64,000 bases of DNA from IMG/VR virus record IMGVR_UViG_3300027702_000001. The stretch is one strand, 5' to 3'. The notes beneath the pieces are model-generated. The model did no database searches, was not told where the DNA came from, and worked only from the letters and a program-made list of their open reading frames with translations. The position numbers were made by a program, and so were the translations under genes. Source of the stretch: a virus. How positions within the stretch are numbered: position 1 is the stretch's first letter; every line of letters begins with the position of its first letter. Below are positions 52,804 to 62,549 of the stretch, piece by piece.

Positions 52804-53812
52804 ATGCGAATTCCTTCTTTGCTGCTTCTTCCAACTTATCCATTATTTCTGGGGTGAAGTATTTCTCAGGATCCTTGAGAATAACAGAAGGGAAGACGCT
52901 AGACTCCCCAACAACAACGCGATTACCCTTGCGTTCAAATACTCCATACTTCTCACCCAACTCCAATAGTCCGTAATACTTGTCAAGTCCCCTTGAGTCA
53001 TAGAATAACCTCGTTTCTACTTTTACATTTTCTTTAGTGAAGCGTGACTTGGCAGTCAAACATTTGATAATATTACCAACGATCTCTTTGTTAGAGTCAC
53101 GTTCTTTAGATTTACTCAAGAAAATAATTGTACTGGCAGCATACTTAAGACCAGATCCTCCACCCATTTCTTTGGTGGGAACATATGCACCTACCACATC
53201 ATATGTATGGTTAGTAACGATGAGTGGTACATTACAACGACCTAGTTCAAGAGTTAGAACACGGAAGATTGCTTTCACAACCTGTGCTCTAGTCATATCC
53301 CTAGTCTCTTTACCTTCCTCACTATCAGATACTTCCTTAGAAGTAGAAAGCATACCGAGTGAGTCAAGACAGAACATCATAGGTTTCCTATCTTCCTCCT
53401 TCATCTTGGAGTAGTTCTTCAATGTCTTGAGTGCCTGTGTTCTGAACTCTTGTACAGTTGTAACAGGAACAACAGCAACACGATTAGCATCAATACCACG
53501 ACTGGTCAGCATATCTTTGGAGACAGCAGACTCAGATTCGAAATATAATACAATACCGTCAGGATTAGAATCCAGGAAACTACGAACGACACTAAGAGTA
53601 AAAAAAGTTTTTCCAGTGCTTGATTCTCCTGCAATAGCGGTGATTTTGTTTGAAGGCAAACCTCCATAAATCGAACCACTAACAAGGGCATTGAATATAT
53701 GAGACCCAGTGTCAACGAAAGAAGTAACGTCGCCTGCAGCAACCCCGTCACTAACGACTGAAGCGTAGTCATTGCCAATGTCGCTGATAATGTCTTTTAA
53801 AAATGATGTCAT
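52793..53812 (-). CDS. uvsX: RecA-like recombinase UvsX
   Basis: [28 protein letters not shown]. Confidence 0.96.
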   Translation of the reverse strand: MTSFLKDIISDIGNDYASVVSDGVAAGDVTSFVDTGSHIFNALVSGSIYGGLPSNKITAIAGESSTGKTFFTLSVVRSFLDSNPDGIVLYFESESAVSKDMLTSRGIDANRVAVVPVTTVQEFRTQALKTLKNYSKMKEEDRKPMMFCLDSLGMLSTSKEVSDSEEGKETRDMTRAQVVKAIFRVLTLELGRCNVPLIVTNHTYDVVGAYVPTKEMGGGSGLKYAASTIIFLSKSKERDSNKEIVGNIIKCLTAKSRFTKENVKVETRLFYDSRGLDKYYGLLELGEKYGVFERKGNRVVVGESSVFPSVILKDPEKYFTPEIMDKLEEAAKKEFAYGS

Positions 53813-56286
53813 AGGAAAAATTCGTCTAGGTTAGCAATCTTCTCTGCCTTCCAATTAATAGTATCCATAATAACCTGTAATGGATCAAGGAAACTCTTCT
53901 GGAATTGTAGATCATAATCTATGTACTTGTCAAGACCAAATTCTTTCGGCAGAGTCTGAAAGAAACTTACCACGTTCTCTTGGATTTTGTTTGGGGTCTT
54001 TAAATAGAGGAACTTTACCTTCTCCCCCTCTTGAATTAGAGGATACTTGTGAGTCAATTTGTTCTTCTTGTTATAGAAATTATATAAGAGTGCTCCTCTC
54101 ACGTGGATAGGAGTACCCTTTGAGTATATTGTAGCAGGGTTTGAGAACTTTGACAGACCATTACACCCACGTGGGAATGCAACATCCTCTGCGTTTAGTT
54201 TCTCAAACCTCTCTCTGAATTCTGCGATGAATTCTTGGGTATCCTGTTCGGTACCATTCATAATAACTTTCATAGCATCCTTAATTGCTGTCCTACAGGC
54301 AGCAGGTGTGGATGATTTAACTGCCTCAATGCCCATCATCTTGATCTTAGGTTCAGTAAACCTAACTCCTTCGATGTCATAAGCGTTGAGAATGTATCTT
54401 TTCTTGGCAGTCCATATACCTTTGTTGGCAATGGTCTCCCTCTTCATCTTCATTTTTTGGTCATACGCCGAAACGTACGTCGCGAGTTCCGAGTAACTTT
54501 TATCAATGTAGGGTTCAATCTTCTCTTGGCAGATCTTGTCAAGTATCCCCACAACTGCGTCTTTATCGCCACACTTACTACCAAAAAATTTATCAACAAG
54601 AGGTCCAAGGTTAAGATAGATTGAGTCAGTGTCAGATGCAATGACATAATCCTCCTTTTCCGTGTTGAGTAAGTTATTTAGGTAATCATTCATACGATTC
54701 TCAATCCAACGGATTGAAACCTGACCAGAAAGAGTGATTGCTTCAGCATTCGCTAGGTTAAAATACCTAAAGTATTGGTTACCAATAGCACCATATGCAG
54801 AGTTCAATTGAATCTTTCTCGCCATCTGTATGTTATTGAAGGCAGAAATATCATCCTGTAACTTTTTGTTACCTGTCTTCTCAAATTCTTTCTTCGCTTG
54901 AATCATCTTCTTCTTAAAGATCACACGTTCATCGTAGATCTTCTGCATCATCTTGGGTAGAAATCCTTGGATGTCTTTCCTGTACTGTGCTCTGTTGGCA
55001 CACACACAGTAATCTCCACTGATTTGTACTTCTCTGTTGAGCAGTCCATCAACACTGGCGGTGGGGTGTCTTGTATCGATGAGGGTCTCAGGCGAAATAT
55101 TATACTGCATAATGAGATGAGGATACAGAGAGTTAAGGTCAAACGAAACAACCCAATCGTAGAGTCCTGGTTTGGGTTCTTTGACGTATGCTCCTGCGTA
55201 CTTGTCGTTCTTGGTGCTCTCTTGTCTTGGGGGGACACAGATTTTACGCTCCTTCAGATAGTTGTAGATGAGTGTATCCCACATACGAACCTGAGAATAA
55301 ACATCCTCGAAGTTTACCTTGGCATCGTATGCCATCACGACAGCAAGTTCCAGTAGTTTCATCTTGTGTTCAAGACGATCTACTAGTTCAACGTCAATGA
55401 TGTTGTATTCAACGAACTTCTGCCAGTCATCAGTATAGAATGCTTTGAAGTTCTCAAACTCACTGTGATCTAACTTACGTTGATCTAGTTCGACAAACGC
55501 AATGTGATCCAGACGATATGATTCCTGATTGGTATATGTAAACTTTCGGTATAGATCAAGGTAATCCAGAATGCTTACTCCAAGAATGTTGTAGGACAAA
55601 TTCCTACGACCCTTGATGTAAACCTCACGCATATTAACTTTGTTCCAAGGTGATAATGATTTTTGCCACTTCTCACCTAGCACACGTTCAATGCGACGAC
55701 AGATATAGGGGATGTCGTACAGATTACAATTCCAACCAGTCACCACATCAGGAGTGTTCTCTACCCACCAAGAATGGAAGTCAGTCAACATCTCCTGTTC
55801 AGTCCAGAAGCAACGATACTCAGTATCAATCTTTGCTTCACGGGTTCCCCAAGTGATGAACTTACCACTAGAAAGATCTTTAATAGTAATAAGAAGCATC
55901 TCCTCTTGACACGCTTCGGTATCAGGGAAACCATTCTCGCAAGCAACCTCGATGTCAATCGTATAGATCTTCATCTGCTCAAGGTTTGCCCTCATATCCT
56001 GAGGGTATTTCTCTGAGATCCATTGATATACAAATCGTTCGTAACCGTGCACCTCAAAACCTTCAACACCTTTATACTTCTCGATGAACTCACGAGCACG
56101 TTTAGCACCGTCTTGTTTGACAGGTGCCATCTTCTCGCCATCAAGAGTCCTCCACTTACCTTTCGGTGATGGAACATACAGCGTTGGTTTGATGATTTCC
56201 TTATACGAAATAGGGACACCATCCTCATACCCTCGGCAGAGAATAGCGTCACCTAGCAGTGTTACGTTTGTATAGACTGAACTCAA
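53809..56286 (-). CDS. gp43: DNA polymerase family B gp43
   Basis: IDIEV exonuclease, [27 protein letters not shown]. Confidence 0.98.
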   Translation of the reverse strand: MSSVYTNVTLLGDAILCRGYEDGVPISYKEIIKPTLYVPSPKGKWRTLDGEKMAPVKQDGAKRAREFIEKYKGVEGFEVHGYERFVYQWISEKYPQDMRANLEQMKIYTIDIEVACENGFPDTEACQEEMLLITIKDLSSGKFITWGTREAKIDTEYRCFWTEQEMLTDFHSWWVENTPDVVTGWNCNLYDIPYICRRIERVLGEKWQKSLSPWNKVNMREVYIKGRRNLSYNILGVSILDYLDLYRKFTYTNQESYRLDHIAFVELDQRKLDHSEFENFKAFYTDDWQKFVEYNIIDVELVDRLEHKMKLLELAVVMAYDAKVNFEDVYSQVRMWDTLIYNYLKERKICVPPRQESTKNDKYAGAYVKEPKPGLYDWVVSFDLNSLYPHLIMQYNISPETLIDTRHPTASVDGLLNREVQISGDYCVCANRAQYRKDIQGFLPKMMQKIYDERVIFKKKMIQAKKEFEKTGNKKLQDDISAFNNIQMARKIQLNSAYGAIGNQYFRYFNLANAEAITLSGQVSIRWIENRMNDYLNNLLNTEKEDYVIASDTDSIYLNLGPLVDKFFGSKCGDKDAVVGILDKICQEKIEPYIDKSYSELATYVSAYDQKMKMKRETIANKGIWTAKKRYILNAYDIEGVRFTEPKIKMMGIEAVKSSTPAACRTAIKDAMKVIMNGTEQDTQEFIAEFRERFEKLNAEDVAFPRGCNGLSKFSNPATIYSKGTPIHVRGALLYNFYNKKNKLTHKYPLIQEGEKVKFLYLKTPNKIQENVVSFFQTLPKEFGLDKYIDYDLQFQKSFLDPLQVIMDTINWKAEKIANLDEFFL

Positions 56287-56519
56287 AGCGCCTTCTTGTA
56301 GTTGGTTACGGTCTCTTCAGACGGTTCAACTATAGTCAAAACAACGTCGCTTGTCAAGAAGATGTCACGTTGATCTGTGTAGTAGGGATACTTTTCATAC
56401 TTCCCATCAGTAATCATCATACAGTCAGAGATAAGGTATGATGGTTCCTCATCTAGTTCTGTGACTGCACCCATTAGGTGCGTGTGATCCTTAAGAAGGA
56501 TTAGTTTCAGTGGTTGCAT
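56283..56519 (-). CDS. Hypothetical protein
   Basis: ORF track; coupled to gp43. Confidence 0.6.
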   Translation of the reverse strand: MQPLKLILLKDHTHLMGAVTELDEEPSYLISDCMMITDGKYEKYPYYTDQRDIFLTSDVVLTIVEPSEETVTNYKKAL

Positions 56520-56841
56520 TTCCTTTGATACAGGTTTTCCATTTCGATTCCACCTCAGGGTGTGGATTGTAGATTGTAGCGACGTTGCTCAATACTACTA
56601 GTGTAGCATTATTTTTGGAAAGTGGAATCCAAGGGAATAGTTCCAAGTTCAAGTCGTTAATTTTTTGTGGTGTTTCTTGGGTACCCTCGAACAACATTTC
56701 TGCTGCAGCGTGTAGATTCACTTGATAAGGATCCTTCATAAGGTATCCAATAGGGGAATAGGATTTCTCCTCAGGGTACGCTTCTTGAACATCAGCGATT
56801 ACGTCCTCGCCATTGATCATTCTTACGATTTTTACGGTCAT
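56491..56841 (-). CDS. Conserved Sm-like T4 hypothetical protein
   Basis: VKIVRMINGEDVIA...LFPWIPLS. Confidence 0.6.
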   Translation of the reverse strand: MTVKIVRMINGEDVIADVQEAYPEEKSYSPIGYLMKDPYQVNLHAAAEMLFEGTQETPQKINDLNLELFPWIPLSKNNATLVVLSNVATIYNPHPEVESKWKTCIKGNATTETNPS

Positions 56842-57031
56842 AATTTTCAGTTAGGGTATTGTAAACACCACGAACAATGTTTGCGAATGACTTATGTACA
56901 TCCACATTATGTTCATCGTTAATCATTCTAGCATATCCTAGAACCTCGTCAACATATCTGGTTGGAACATCGAGTGTGATCGATTCATAATCGTCGCTCC
57001 CCCTCGGAGCGCAGTTCACATAGTGATTCAT
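56792..57031 (-). CDS. Hypothetical protein
   Basis: ORF track with GGAG SD. Confidence 0.5.
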   Translation of the reverse strand: MNHYVNCAPRGSDDYESITLDVPTRYVDEVLGYARMINDEHNVDVHKSFANIVRGVYNTLTENYDRKNRKNDQWRGRNR

Positions 57032-57046
57032 AAAAAAACTCCATAG

Positions 57047-57069
57047 AAAAAGAGACCCGAAGGTCTCTT
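57047..57069 (-). terminator. Rho-independent terminator
   Basis: AAGAGACC TTCG GGTCTCTT plus T. Confidence 0.8.
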
Positions 57070-57088
57070 CTGTTGTACATTATGTATG

Positions 57089-57265
57089 CTACCAGTCATC
57101 AGCATATGTTGAGCAGTCATTCTTATTACAGTATTGTTTCACCCAACCGTGAACATCAGTTTCGTAATGAAGATGTGCTTTTGTATGAACAAACTCAATG
57201 AACCCTAAGGACCCACCAATGATTAAAATCATATGGACTATTGGGTTCGATAGCAATTTTTTCAT
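57089..57265 (-). CDS. Hypothetical 58-aa single-TM protein
   Basis: Hand translation MKKLLSNPIVHMILIIGGSLGFIEFVHTKAHLHYETDVHGWVKQYCNKNDCSTYADDW. Confidence 0.5.
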   Translation of the reverse strand: MKKLLSNPIVHMILIIGGSLGFIEFVHTKAHLHYETDVHGWVKQYCNKNDCSTYADDW

Positions 57266-57277
57266 TTGTCATAGCGA

Positions 57278-57718
57278 CTACTCAATATTATATACCTTTC
57301 TCTTGTGACTGTCAGGTACAATTTTATTAAGTTCTATGGTCAAAAGACCATCTTTGTAATCGACGCTGCCAAGTTTTACATCATCAGAGAGTGTGAATGT
57401 CCTTGCAAAGGTACGTTTCGCTACACCTTTGTGTAGGTATCCTCTGTGGTCATCGTTCTTCTCTTTGACTGTCCTGATTGATAGGACGTTAGTTTCTGTT
57501 GCGACCTCGAACTCATCCTTTCTGAATCCTGCTAGTGCTACTTCGATCTTCCATTTAGTTTCTGACTCTTTGATCAGGTTGTATGGAGGGTAGGATTTTG
57601 TCTCGTGATCTGCTAGTGCTCTTGACTCTAGTCTGTGAAAGATATTGTCGAGTCCGACTGAGTATGACCTAGATGCCTGTAAGATTTTATCTAGATCACT
57701 TGATGTGAATTGATTCAT
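57278..57718 (-). CDS. hsp20: Small heat shock protein Hsp20
   Basis: YPPYNL, IEVALAGF, HKGVAKRTFARTFTL, GLLTIEL; start at 57718 after AGGAG. Confidence 0.93.
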   Translation of the reverse strand: MNQFTSSDLDKILQASRSYSVGLDNIFHRLESRALADHETKSYPPYNLIKESETKWKIEVALAGFRKDEFEVATETNVLSIRTVKEKNDDHRGYLHKGVAKRTFARTFTLSDDVKLGSVDYKDGLLTIELNKIVPDSHKRKVYNIE

Positions 57719-57744
57719 TTGTACTGCTCCTTTAAAGCGAGAGT

Positions 57745-57780
57745 TTGGTGTTGTCCCCGAAGGCGACACAATTATTTATA
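57745..57780 (-). promoter_or_regulatory. Late promoter plus UUCG hairpin leader of hsp20
   Basis: TATAAATA then TGTGTCGCC TTCG GGGACAACA. Confidence 0.65.
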
Positions 57781-57840
57781 GTCATAGCAATGGATCACAG
57801 GTACGGTTAAAACGGTATCATATGTACAGTTTTCTCGACG

Positions 57841-57847
57841 CTAAATA
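57841..57847 (+). promoter_or_regulatory. Late promoter variant CTAAATA
   Basis: About 30 nt upstream of the plus-strand operon at 57879. Confidence 0.55.
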
Positions 57848-57878
57848 GGCTAGATGAATTAATTACCTATTTAAAAAG

Positions 57879-58379
57879 ATGAAAAGAGCAGCGATGCTTT
57901 TCGTAATGACTTTGATGACGGCACCTGCATATGCCGATGTTACACATAAACTATCTTCTTCAGTGCAACTCACAGTTGATGCAGCGGCAACCAATGTTCA
58001 ACGTGTTGGGTCAACTTATAGTATTAGTGGAAACAATGTGACCACACAATACACACCTCAAGGTGGAAGTGCTACATCATCTATTGGTAGTCTTACAGTC
58101 TCATCAGGCGTTGGAGCGATTCCAACGTTGTCAGCGACCCAAGCGACTGCAGGGGAAAGTTTCAGCTTTACTCAGTCATTCTATCAAGGGGACGCTTTAG
58201 GTGGTGCTGCACCGACTGTTGGTGAAGTACATAACTTCAGTAACCAGACATCGACTGCTGCTGGATCTGCTGGATCTCTTGCTGGTACTGTGGATTCCAG
58301 TTCAACCACTGCGGTAACTGCTGGTGGAGCGGGTACAAGTGCTGTGGGTCAATTTGTCAGCGAAATCACCATCCGATAA
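57879..58379 (+). CDS. Secreted Ser/Thr/Gly-rich beta protein
   Basis: Signal peptide ...TAPAYA|DVTH. Confidence 0.7.
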   Translation: MKRAAMLFVMTLMTAPAYADVTHKLSSSVQLTVDAAATNVQRVGSTYSISGNNVTTQYTPQGGSATSSIGSLTVSSGVGAIPTLSATQATAGESFSFTQSFYQGDALGGAAPTVGEVHNFSNQTSTAAGSAGSLAGTVDSSSTTAVTAGGAGTSAVGQFVSEITIR

Positions 58380-58814
58380 ATGAAAAGAATAGTTGCTACA
58401 TTGGCACTGTTATCTTTCGCTGGAACTCCAGTGATAGCAGTGCCTGTAGTGCCTAATTTCACTCAAGGATCGATGACGTCTCACACTGAGACTACTTCTA
58501 AGGTGACTGAGACAATAAATTCTATGGACTATGCTACTGGTTGGGTTTACTCAGTAAGTGGTACAAATGTAAAACACGATGGTTCATCTATGACACCAGG
58601 TGTCAGTGAACAATCTCAAACTATTGATGGTGTGACTTCAAAATGGACAGGATTAAACGTAAATCAAAAACCAAACTGGACCCAAAATCAAGTGGGCAAT
58701 GCATTCCAGTTCACAGAAACTTATTCTGGACCAGGACTCCAGAATCAAACAATTATTCAGAGGGTAACAGAGGTAACAAGCGTCACAGACACAACCTCAA
58801 TCTTCCAACAATAG
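58380..58814 (+). CDS. Secreted Thr-rich protein
   Basis: Signal peptide; VPVVPNFTQGSMTSHTET. Confidence 0.7.
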   Translation: MKRIVATLALLSFAGTPVIAVPVVPNFTQGSMTSHTETTSKVTETINSMDYATGWVYSVSGTNVKHDGSSMTPGVSEQSQTIDGVTSKWTGLNVNQKPNWTQNQVGNAFQFTETYSGPGLQNQTIIQRVTEVTSVTDTTSIFQQ

Positions 58815-59704
58815 GAGCACTTACCTTTGCACTACTTGCACCACAGATAGCACACGCATCTGATATTGGTGGTGTGTCTGCTACTGCATCTCCAATCGCG
58901 AATAGTTCAGGCTCAGTGACCAATCAGGCAATTCAGGTTTTACAAGGTCCATATATTACTAATACTTATGGGGGTGGTATTCAATGTCAAGGTAGTACAC
59001 TTAACATCACACCATTTGTCACTGGTAGTGCATCTGGACAGAAACCTTGGGAAGATGAATGGTGGGATAATGTATATGATATGCGTGATCAAGAAGGTGC
59101 TACTGATGTAAATGGTGCTGTTACAGGAGATGGAGTGCCCGATAATCCAGGAAATATTTTATATAAAGTTCCTGTAAGAACAGGACAGAAGGATACATAT
59201 AACCTATCTCTTGGTGTAAGTGCTACGTGGTCTATTCCACTTGATAAGAAAGCACAAAACGATTGTAAGAGAGCAGCAGAAACACAGAATGATATGCAGA
59301 GACAACTGATTGCTAACAAGCGATTAGATTTTGAGATCGCGAGATTAAAAAATTGTGGTGAATTGATTCAGAAGGGAATCACCTTCCACCCCAAGTCACC
59401 TTATTATGCAATATGTGCCGACGTTATGGTGAACAACGTGTCATATATCAAACCACACGTACATTCAGTTGAACAAAAATCTACCTCTTCTTCATCTTCC
59501 TCAGTTCGCGAAGTGCCCGTGTCCTCATCCGCTGATGATCTCGGCGGTCCCTTTGAGATTGGAGACGTGGAGTCTTTCCAAGAGCAATCGAAATCTTCGT
59601 TATCGTCTTCTTCACAACAGGTTTCACCACTTTCAAAAGAAGATCAACAATCGGTTTTGCGAGCAGTGCAGAGGTGGCAGCGACAGCAGCAATCGAACCA
59701 GTAG
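58643..59704 (+). CDS. Secreted/membrane-anchored protein; true start uncertain
   Basis: Internal signal-like segment KRHRHNLNLPTIGALTFALLAPQIAHA; SSGSVTNQAIQVLQGPY; LKNCGEL..GI.FHPKSPY..C. Confidence 0.65.
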   Translation: MDRIKRKSKTKLDPKSSGQCIPVHRNLFWTRTPESNNYSEGNRGNKRHRHNLNLPTIGALTFALLAPQIAHASDIGGVSATASPIANSSGSVTNQAIQVLQGPYITNTYGGGIQCQGSTLNITPFVTGSASGQKPWEDEWWDNVYDMRDQEGATDVNGAVTGDGVPDNPGNILYKVPVRTGQKDTYNLSLGVSATWSIPLDKKAQNDCKRAAETQNDMQRQLIANKRLDFEIARLKNCGELIQKGITFHPKSPYYAICADVMVNNVSYIKPHVHSVEQKSTSSSSSSVREVPVSSSADDLGGPFEIGDVESFQEQSKSSLSSSSQQVSPLSKEDQQSVLRAVQRWQRQQQSNQ

Positions 59705-60251
59705 TAACTATTAGTCCTGCATTAGGAATGTTCTCTGTTATCTGCTGAGTCACAGTCAAAGGTTCAGTAACCTCAATACATTCTTTACCGACAAGTTCGT
59801 ACGCAACTATCTTCTTATTACCCTGTAGGATCTTTCCTATGGGGTTTTTTAATTCTTGTGTCCTAGTAGGACATTCTGTACTAGGGATGTCTGGTACCTT
59901 TGTCTCTGGTACATTCAGTTCTGGTTGATCATTCTCAAACTTAGGTGGCACTACAGGAGGTGCCTCAAACTTTAGATCATCCTTGTTATAGTCCATCGCA
60001 CTATAGGATGGTACACCTGCATCACAATATATCCTTGCTCCACTATCATCGTCAGCAACTAAGTTACTATTCTTACCATCATCAGATGGATGTGCTTCTA
60101 CACACCCAGGCATATCAACAATAGGTACTCCCACCTGTGTAGTTGCAGGTGCATAGATTGGGATTGCTTGAGGTACACTATTGATCCAGTCGTAATTCTG
60201 AATCTCAGGTATCTCCAGTTCCCTCACTCCGATCTCTGGAATCTCTGTCAT
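59481..60251 (-). CDS. Pro-rich membrane-anchored hypothetical protein
   Basis: MTEIPEI...PGCVEAH..CDAGVPSY; TM-like AVAATSALLAKP; basic tail. Confidence 0.6.
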   Translation of the reverse strand: MTEIPEIGVRELEIPEIQNYDWINSVPQAIPIYAPATTQVGVPIVDMPGCVEAHPSDDGKNSNLVADDDSGARIYCDAGVPSYSAMDYNKDDLKFEAPPVVPPKFENDQPELNVPETKVPDIPSTECPTRTQELKNPIGKILQGNKKIVAYELVGKECIEVTEPLTVTQQITENIPNAGLIVTTGSIAAVAATSALLAKPIVDLLLKVVKPVVKKTITKISIALGKTPRLQSQRDRRDHQRMRTRALRELRKMKKR

Positions 60252-60465
60252 AATCTGAACTAATGGAAATAGACCAACCGTCTTCACCGAAGACTCCTTC
60301 TTCGATTACTCTAGGTAAGTTACGTTCTTTATCTCTTTTATCTAGTGCTTTGTGATACTCATCGATCTCTGAGTCGAGTTCGAGATTAAATTTTAGCAGT
60401 CTCAACCACATCAAAAGTTTCTCAAGGTAATACTTAATTAACTTTTTGAGGAAGGGACCTATCAT
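60205..60465 (-). CDS. Hypothetical protein
   Basis: ORF track. Confidence 0.45.
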   Translation of the reverse strand: MIGPFLKKLIKYYLEKLLMWLRLLKFNLELDSEIDEYHKALDKRDKERNLPRVIEEGVFGEDGWSISISSDYDRDSRDRSEGTGDT

Positions 60466-61016
60466 TCAGTCATCTCCTCTTCGCAGTCATTCAGACTGAG
60501 AGCAATCTCTCCACCAATGTCTGCACCTTTGTTACCACCAAATAGAGCAACACCACCTGCGAGGATTGGACCAACAAACGGTATGCCTGATAAGGCAGGA
60601 GCAGCAGCGGCACCCATACTAGCGCCTACTATTGCACCGCTTTGTTCTCCACCACCTTCCGCCTTGATACATTCTAGTTTCTTGGCAGTTAACTTTCCCA
60701 CTCCGTCAGCGGAATTACCTCCCAGATGAAGAGATCCATCCATAGTGTATTGATTTGACTTTCTGATATTAGTTTTACCACCAATACCAAAGAATCCATT
60801 CTTCTTGTCAACGTATGTATCTTTACTCATCACCTTTGGATCATTACCTTTGTAACTAATCCGATAACCATCTTCTGATACATATGCATCATAAGAACTA
60901 TAGGGTCCTACTGGAGGATTTAATGTTGGAAGTGTTTGTTTGTTTGCAATCAGACCGATCATTCCGATGTGTGCTACACCGAATAATACACCTGCACTAA
61001 CAGCGAACCATTTCAT
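60462..61016 (-). CDS. Membrane protein with glycine zipper
   Basis: N-terminal TM; GAIVGASMGAAAA...GGVALFGG..GADIGG. Confidence 0.65.
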   Translation of the reverse strand: MKWFAVSAGVLFGVAHIGMIGLIANKQTLPTLNPPVGPYSSYDAYVSEDGYRISYKGNDPKVMSKDTYVDKKNGFFGIGGKTNIRKSNQYTMDGSLHLGGNSADGVGKLTAKKLECIKAEGGGEQSGAIVGASMGAAAAPALSGIPFVGPILAGGVALFGGNKGADIGGEIALSLNDCEEEMTE

Positions 61017-61255
61017 TACATTCCTGGGATAGATGGTTTAATTGGGGGCATCGCAGGACCACTAACATCAGGAATCATATCGTCCATCATATCAGGAACG
61101 ATTCCACCTACTGCTTCGACAACCAAATTGGTTAGTCTTTCTCTTGCCTGTTCTGCAACCTTGTCTCTGTTGGCGTAACCATAAACTAAAGCGCCAGTAA
61201 CTACACCAGCGAACACAAAGTTAACTACAACGAGTCCGTTAATAATTTTTTGCAT
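61016..61255 (-). CDS. Single-TM hypothetical protein
   Basis: N-terminal hydrophobic helix; Pro-rich tail. Confidence 0.65.
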   Translation of the reverse strand: MQKIINGLVVVNFVFAGVVTGALVYGYANRDKVAEQARERLTNLVVEAVGGIVPDMMDDMIPDVSGPAMPPIKPSIPGM

Positions 61256-61257
61256 AA

Positions 61258-61704
61258 TTACATCTCATACTTTTTAGGATCAGTTTCGGTAGTTATTTTC
61301 AAAGGTGCTTGTTCGACACGAATGACTTGTGCTGGTGCAGTTTGTGATGCTGCAGCAATCAGTCTTTCCATATCTGCCTTTGTTATCCCATTGCCACCAC
61401 CGTTAGCAGCACCATTACCATTGTTCTTTTTGGCGGTTTGGACCCCGAAAGTCGCTAAAACCCCAGTGAAGACGCTGGCTATGAAAGTTGGATCGAGATC
61501 CTGTTCGGGAAAGTTGAGTGCCTTAGGCAGGTCAACGTACGCTAAAGTGAGGATACCACCAGACCAAACAAGAATACCAAGTCTCACGAAAGTAGATAGA
61601 ATCGCGAGTTGTTCTTCCTTATCTTCTGATGCCTCCTTTAGGCGACCAAAAAAACCTTTTGGTTTCTCTGGTTGTTTTTTCTTTTCTTCTTCTGCCATAG
61701 TCAC
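61258..61704 (-). CDS. Two-TM membrane protein
   Basis: STFVRLGILVWSGGILTLAYV and DPTFIASVFTGVLATFGV. Confidence 0.7.
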   Translation of the reverse strand: MTMAEEEKKKQPEKPKGFFGRLKEASEDKEEQLAILSTFVRLGILVWSGGILTLAYVDLPKALNFPEQDLDPTFIASVFTGVLATFGVQTAKKNNGNGAANGGGNGITKADMERLIAAASQTAPAQVIRVEQAPLKITTETDPKKYEM

Positions 61705-61726
61705 TATGAAGGACTACTATATATAT

Positions 61727-62149
61727 CTACTCTGCGACCTGACGTTTCTTACCGATATTATATTTAGACTCTAAAATCCAGTCACCCTTGTCCTTGTAAG
61801 AGATAACCTTGATCTGATTCAATGGTGCAAGTTCACCAAGTTCTTCATCAACAACATCTACAAGTCCCCAGTCGGACAGTAGTTTAGTAATTCTGTTACG
61901 ACGTTCTACATCGTTAGAAGTTAGGTTCGCGTGCTTTCCGTCCAACGCAAACAACTCTTTAAAGTGTACGATATAATACTTGCCCTTCTTATGAAGAATA
62001 TGACAACTCTGAAATAATTTCTTTTCCTTTCTCGATGCTACACCGATTCTGGTAAGCGTCTCTCTAACTTTCAGAAAATCATCTGGTTGTTTAAGACTAA
62101 CTTCGACCATAATATCGGGTGACCAAGAAATCTCGATCTCACCTGCCAT
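61727..62149 (-). CDS. regA: Translational repressor RegA
   Basis: DDFLKVRETLTRIGVASRKE..LFQSCHILHK.GKYYIVHFKELFALDG. Confidence 0.96.
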   Translation of the reverse strand: MAGEIEISWSPDIMVEVSLKQPDDFLKVRETLTRIGVASRKEKKLFQSCHILHKKGKYYIVHFKELFALDGKHANLTSNDVERRNRITKLLSDWGLVDVVDEELGELAPLNQIKVISYKDKGDWILESKYNIGKKRQVAE

Positions 62150-62549
62150 TGGTTTTACCTCCAGTATTCATTTTTAATTTAATCAATTCAATCTGATCGT
62201 TGGTCAGAATACGAAGTGCATCCCGTGCTTTTTCATCTGAATACTTAAAGTATTTTTTGATGAGGTCAAGATTATCAACCTTGTCCTTACGCTGCCAAGG
62301 AGAGAAACGACGTTTCTTTCTCAGACTATTTAGATAAAATGAATATTGAAGATCATTATCAAGTTGGTGAAACTCATTGAGAGCATTGGCATATAGCACA
62401 GTCTCTTTGAATCCACTAAAACATTTGTTGACAATGTATGGAGGATACTTCCTCATCCAGTCTTCACCACGTTCACGAAGATCTTCTTTAGTGAAATTGA
62501 TACTGTTTAAGTAATCAGTTAAAGGGTAATCCTTGTGGTGCTTTGACAT
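62139..62549 (-). CDS. gp62: Clamp loader small subunit gp62
   Basis: LTDYLNSIN..K, YPPYIVN, QYSFYLNSLRKKRRFSPW. Confidence 0.9.
   Translation of the reverse strand: MSKHHKDYPLTDYLNSINFTKEDLRERGEDWMRKYPPYIVNKCFSGFKETVLYANALNEFHQLDNDLQYSFYLNSLRKKRRFSPWQRKDKVDNLDLIKKYFKYSDEKARDALRILTNDQIELIKLKMNTGGKTNGR

Noticed and set aside
54985-54995. gp43 ANRAQY instead of the usual ANG motif
   Set aside because: Single-base difference (AGA vs GGA); cannot distinguish a variant from a sequencing error
53037-56275. Antisense and alternate-frame ORFs over uvsX and gp43
   Set aside because: Fully nested in conserved core genes; no independent evidence
28194-56286. Group I introns or inteins in psbA, nrdA, nrdB, gp41 or gp43
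   Set aside because: All are continuous ORFs of normal length
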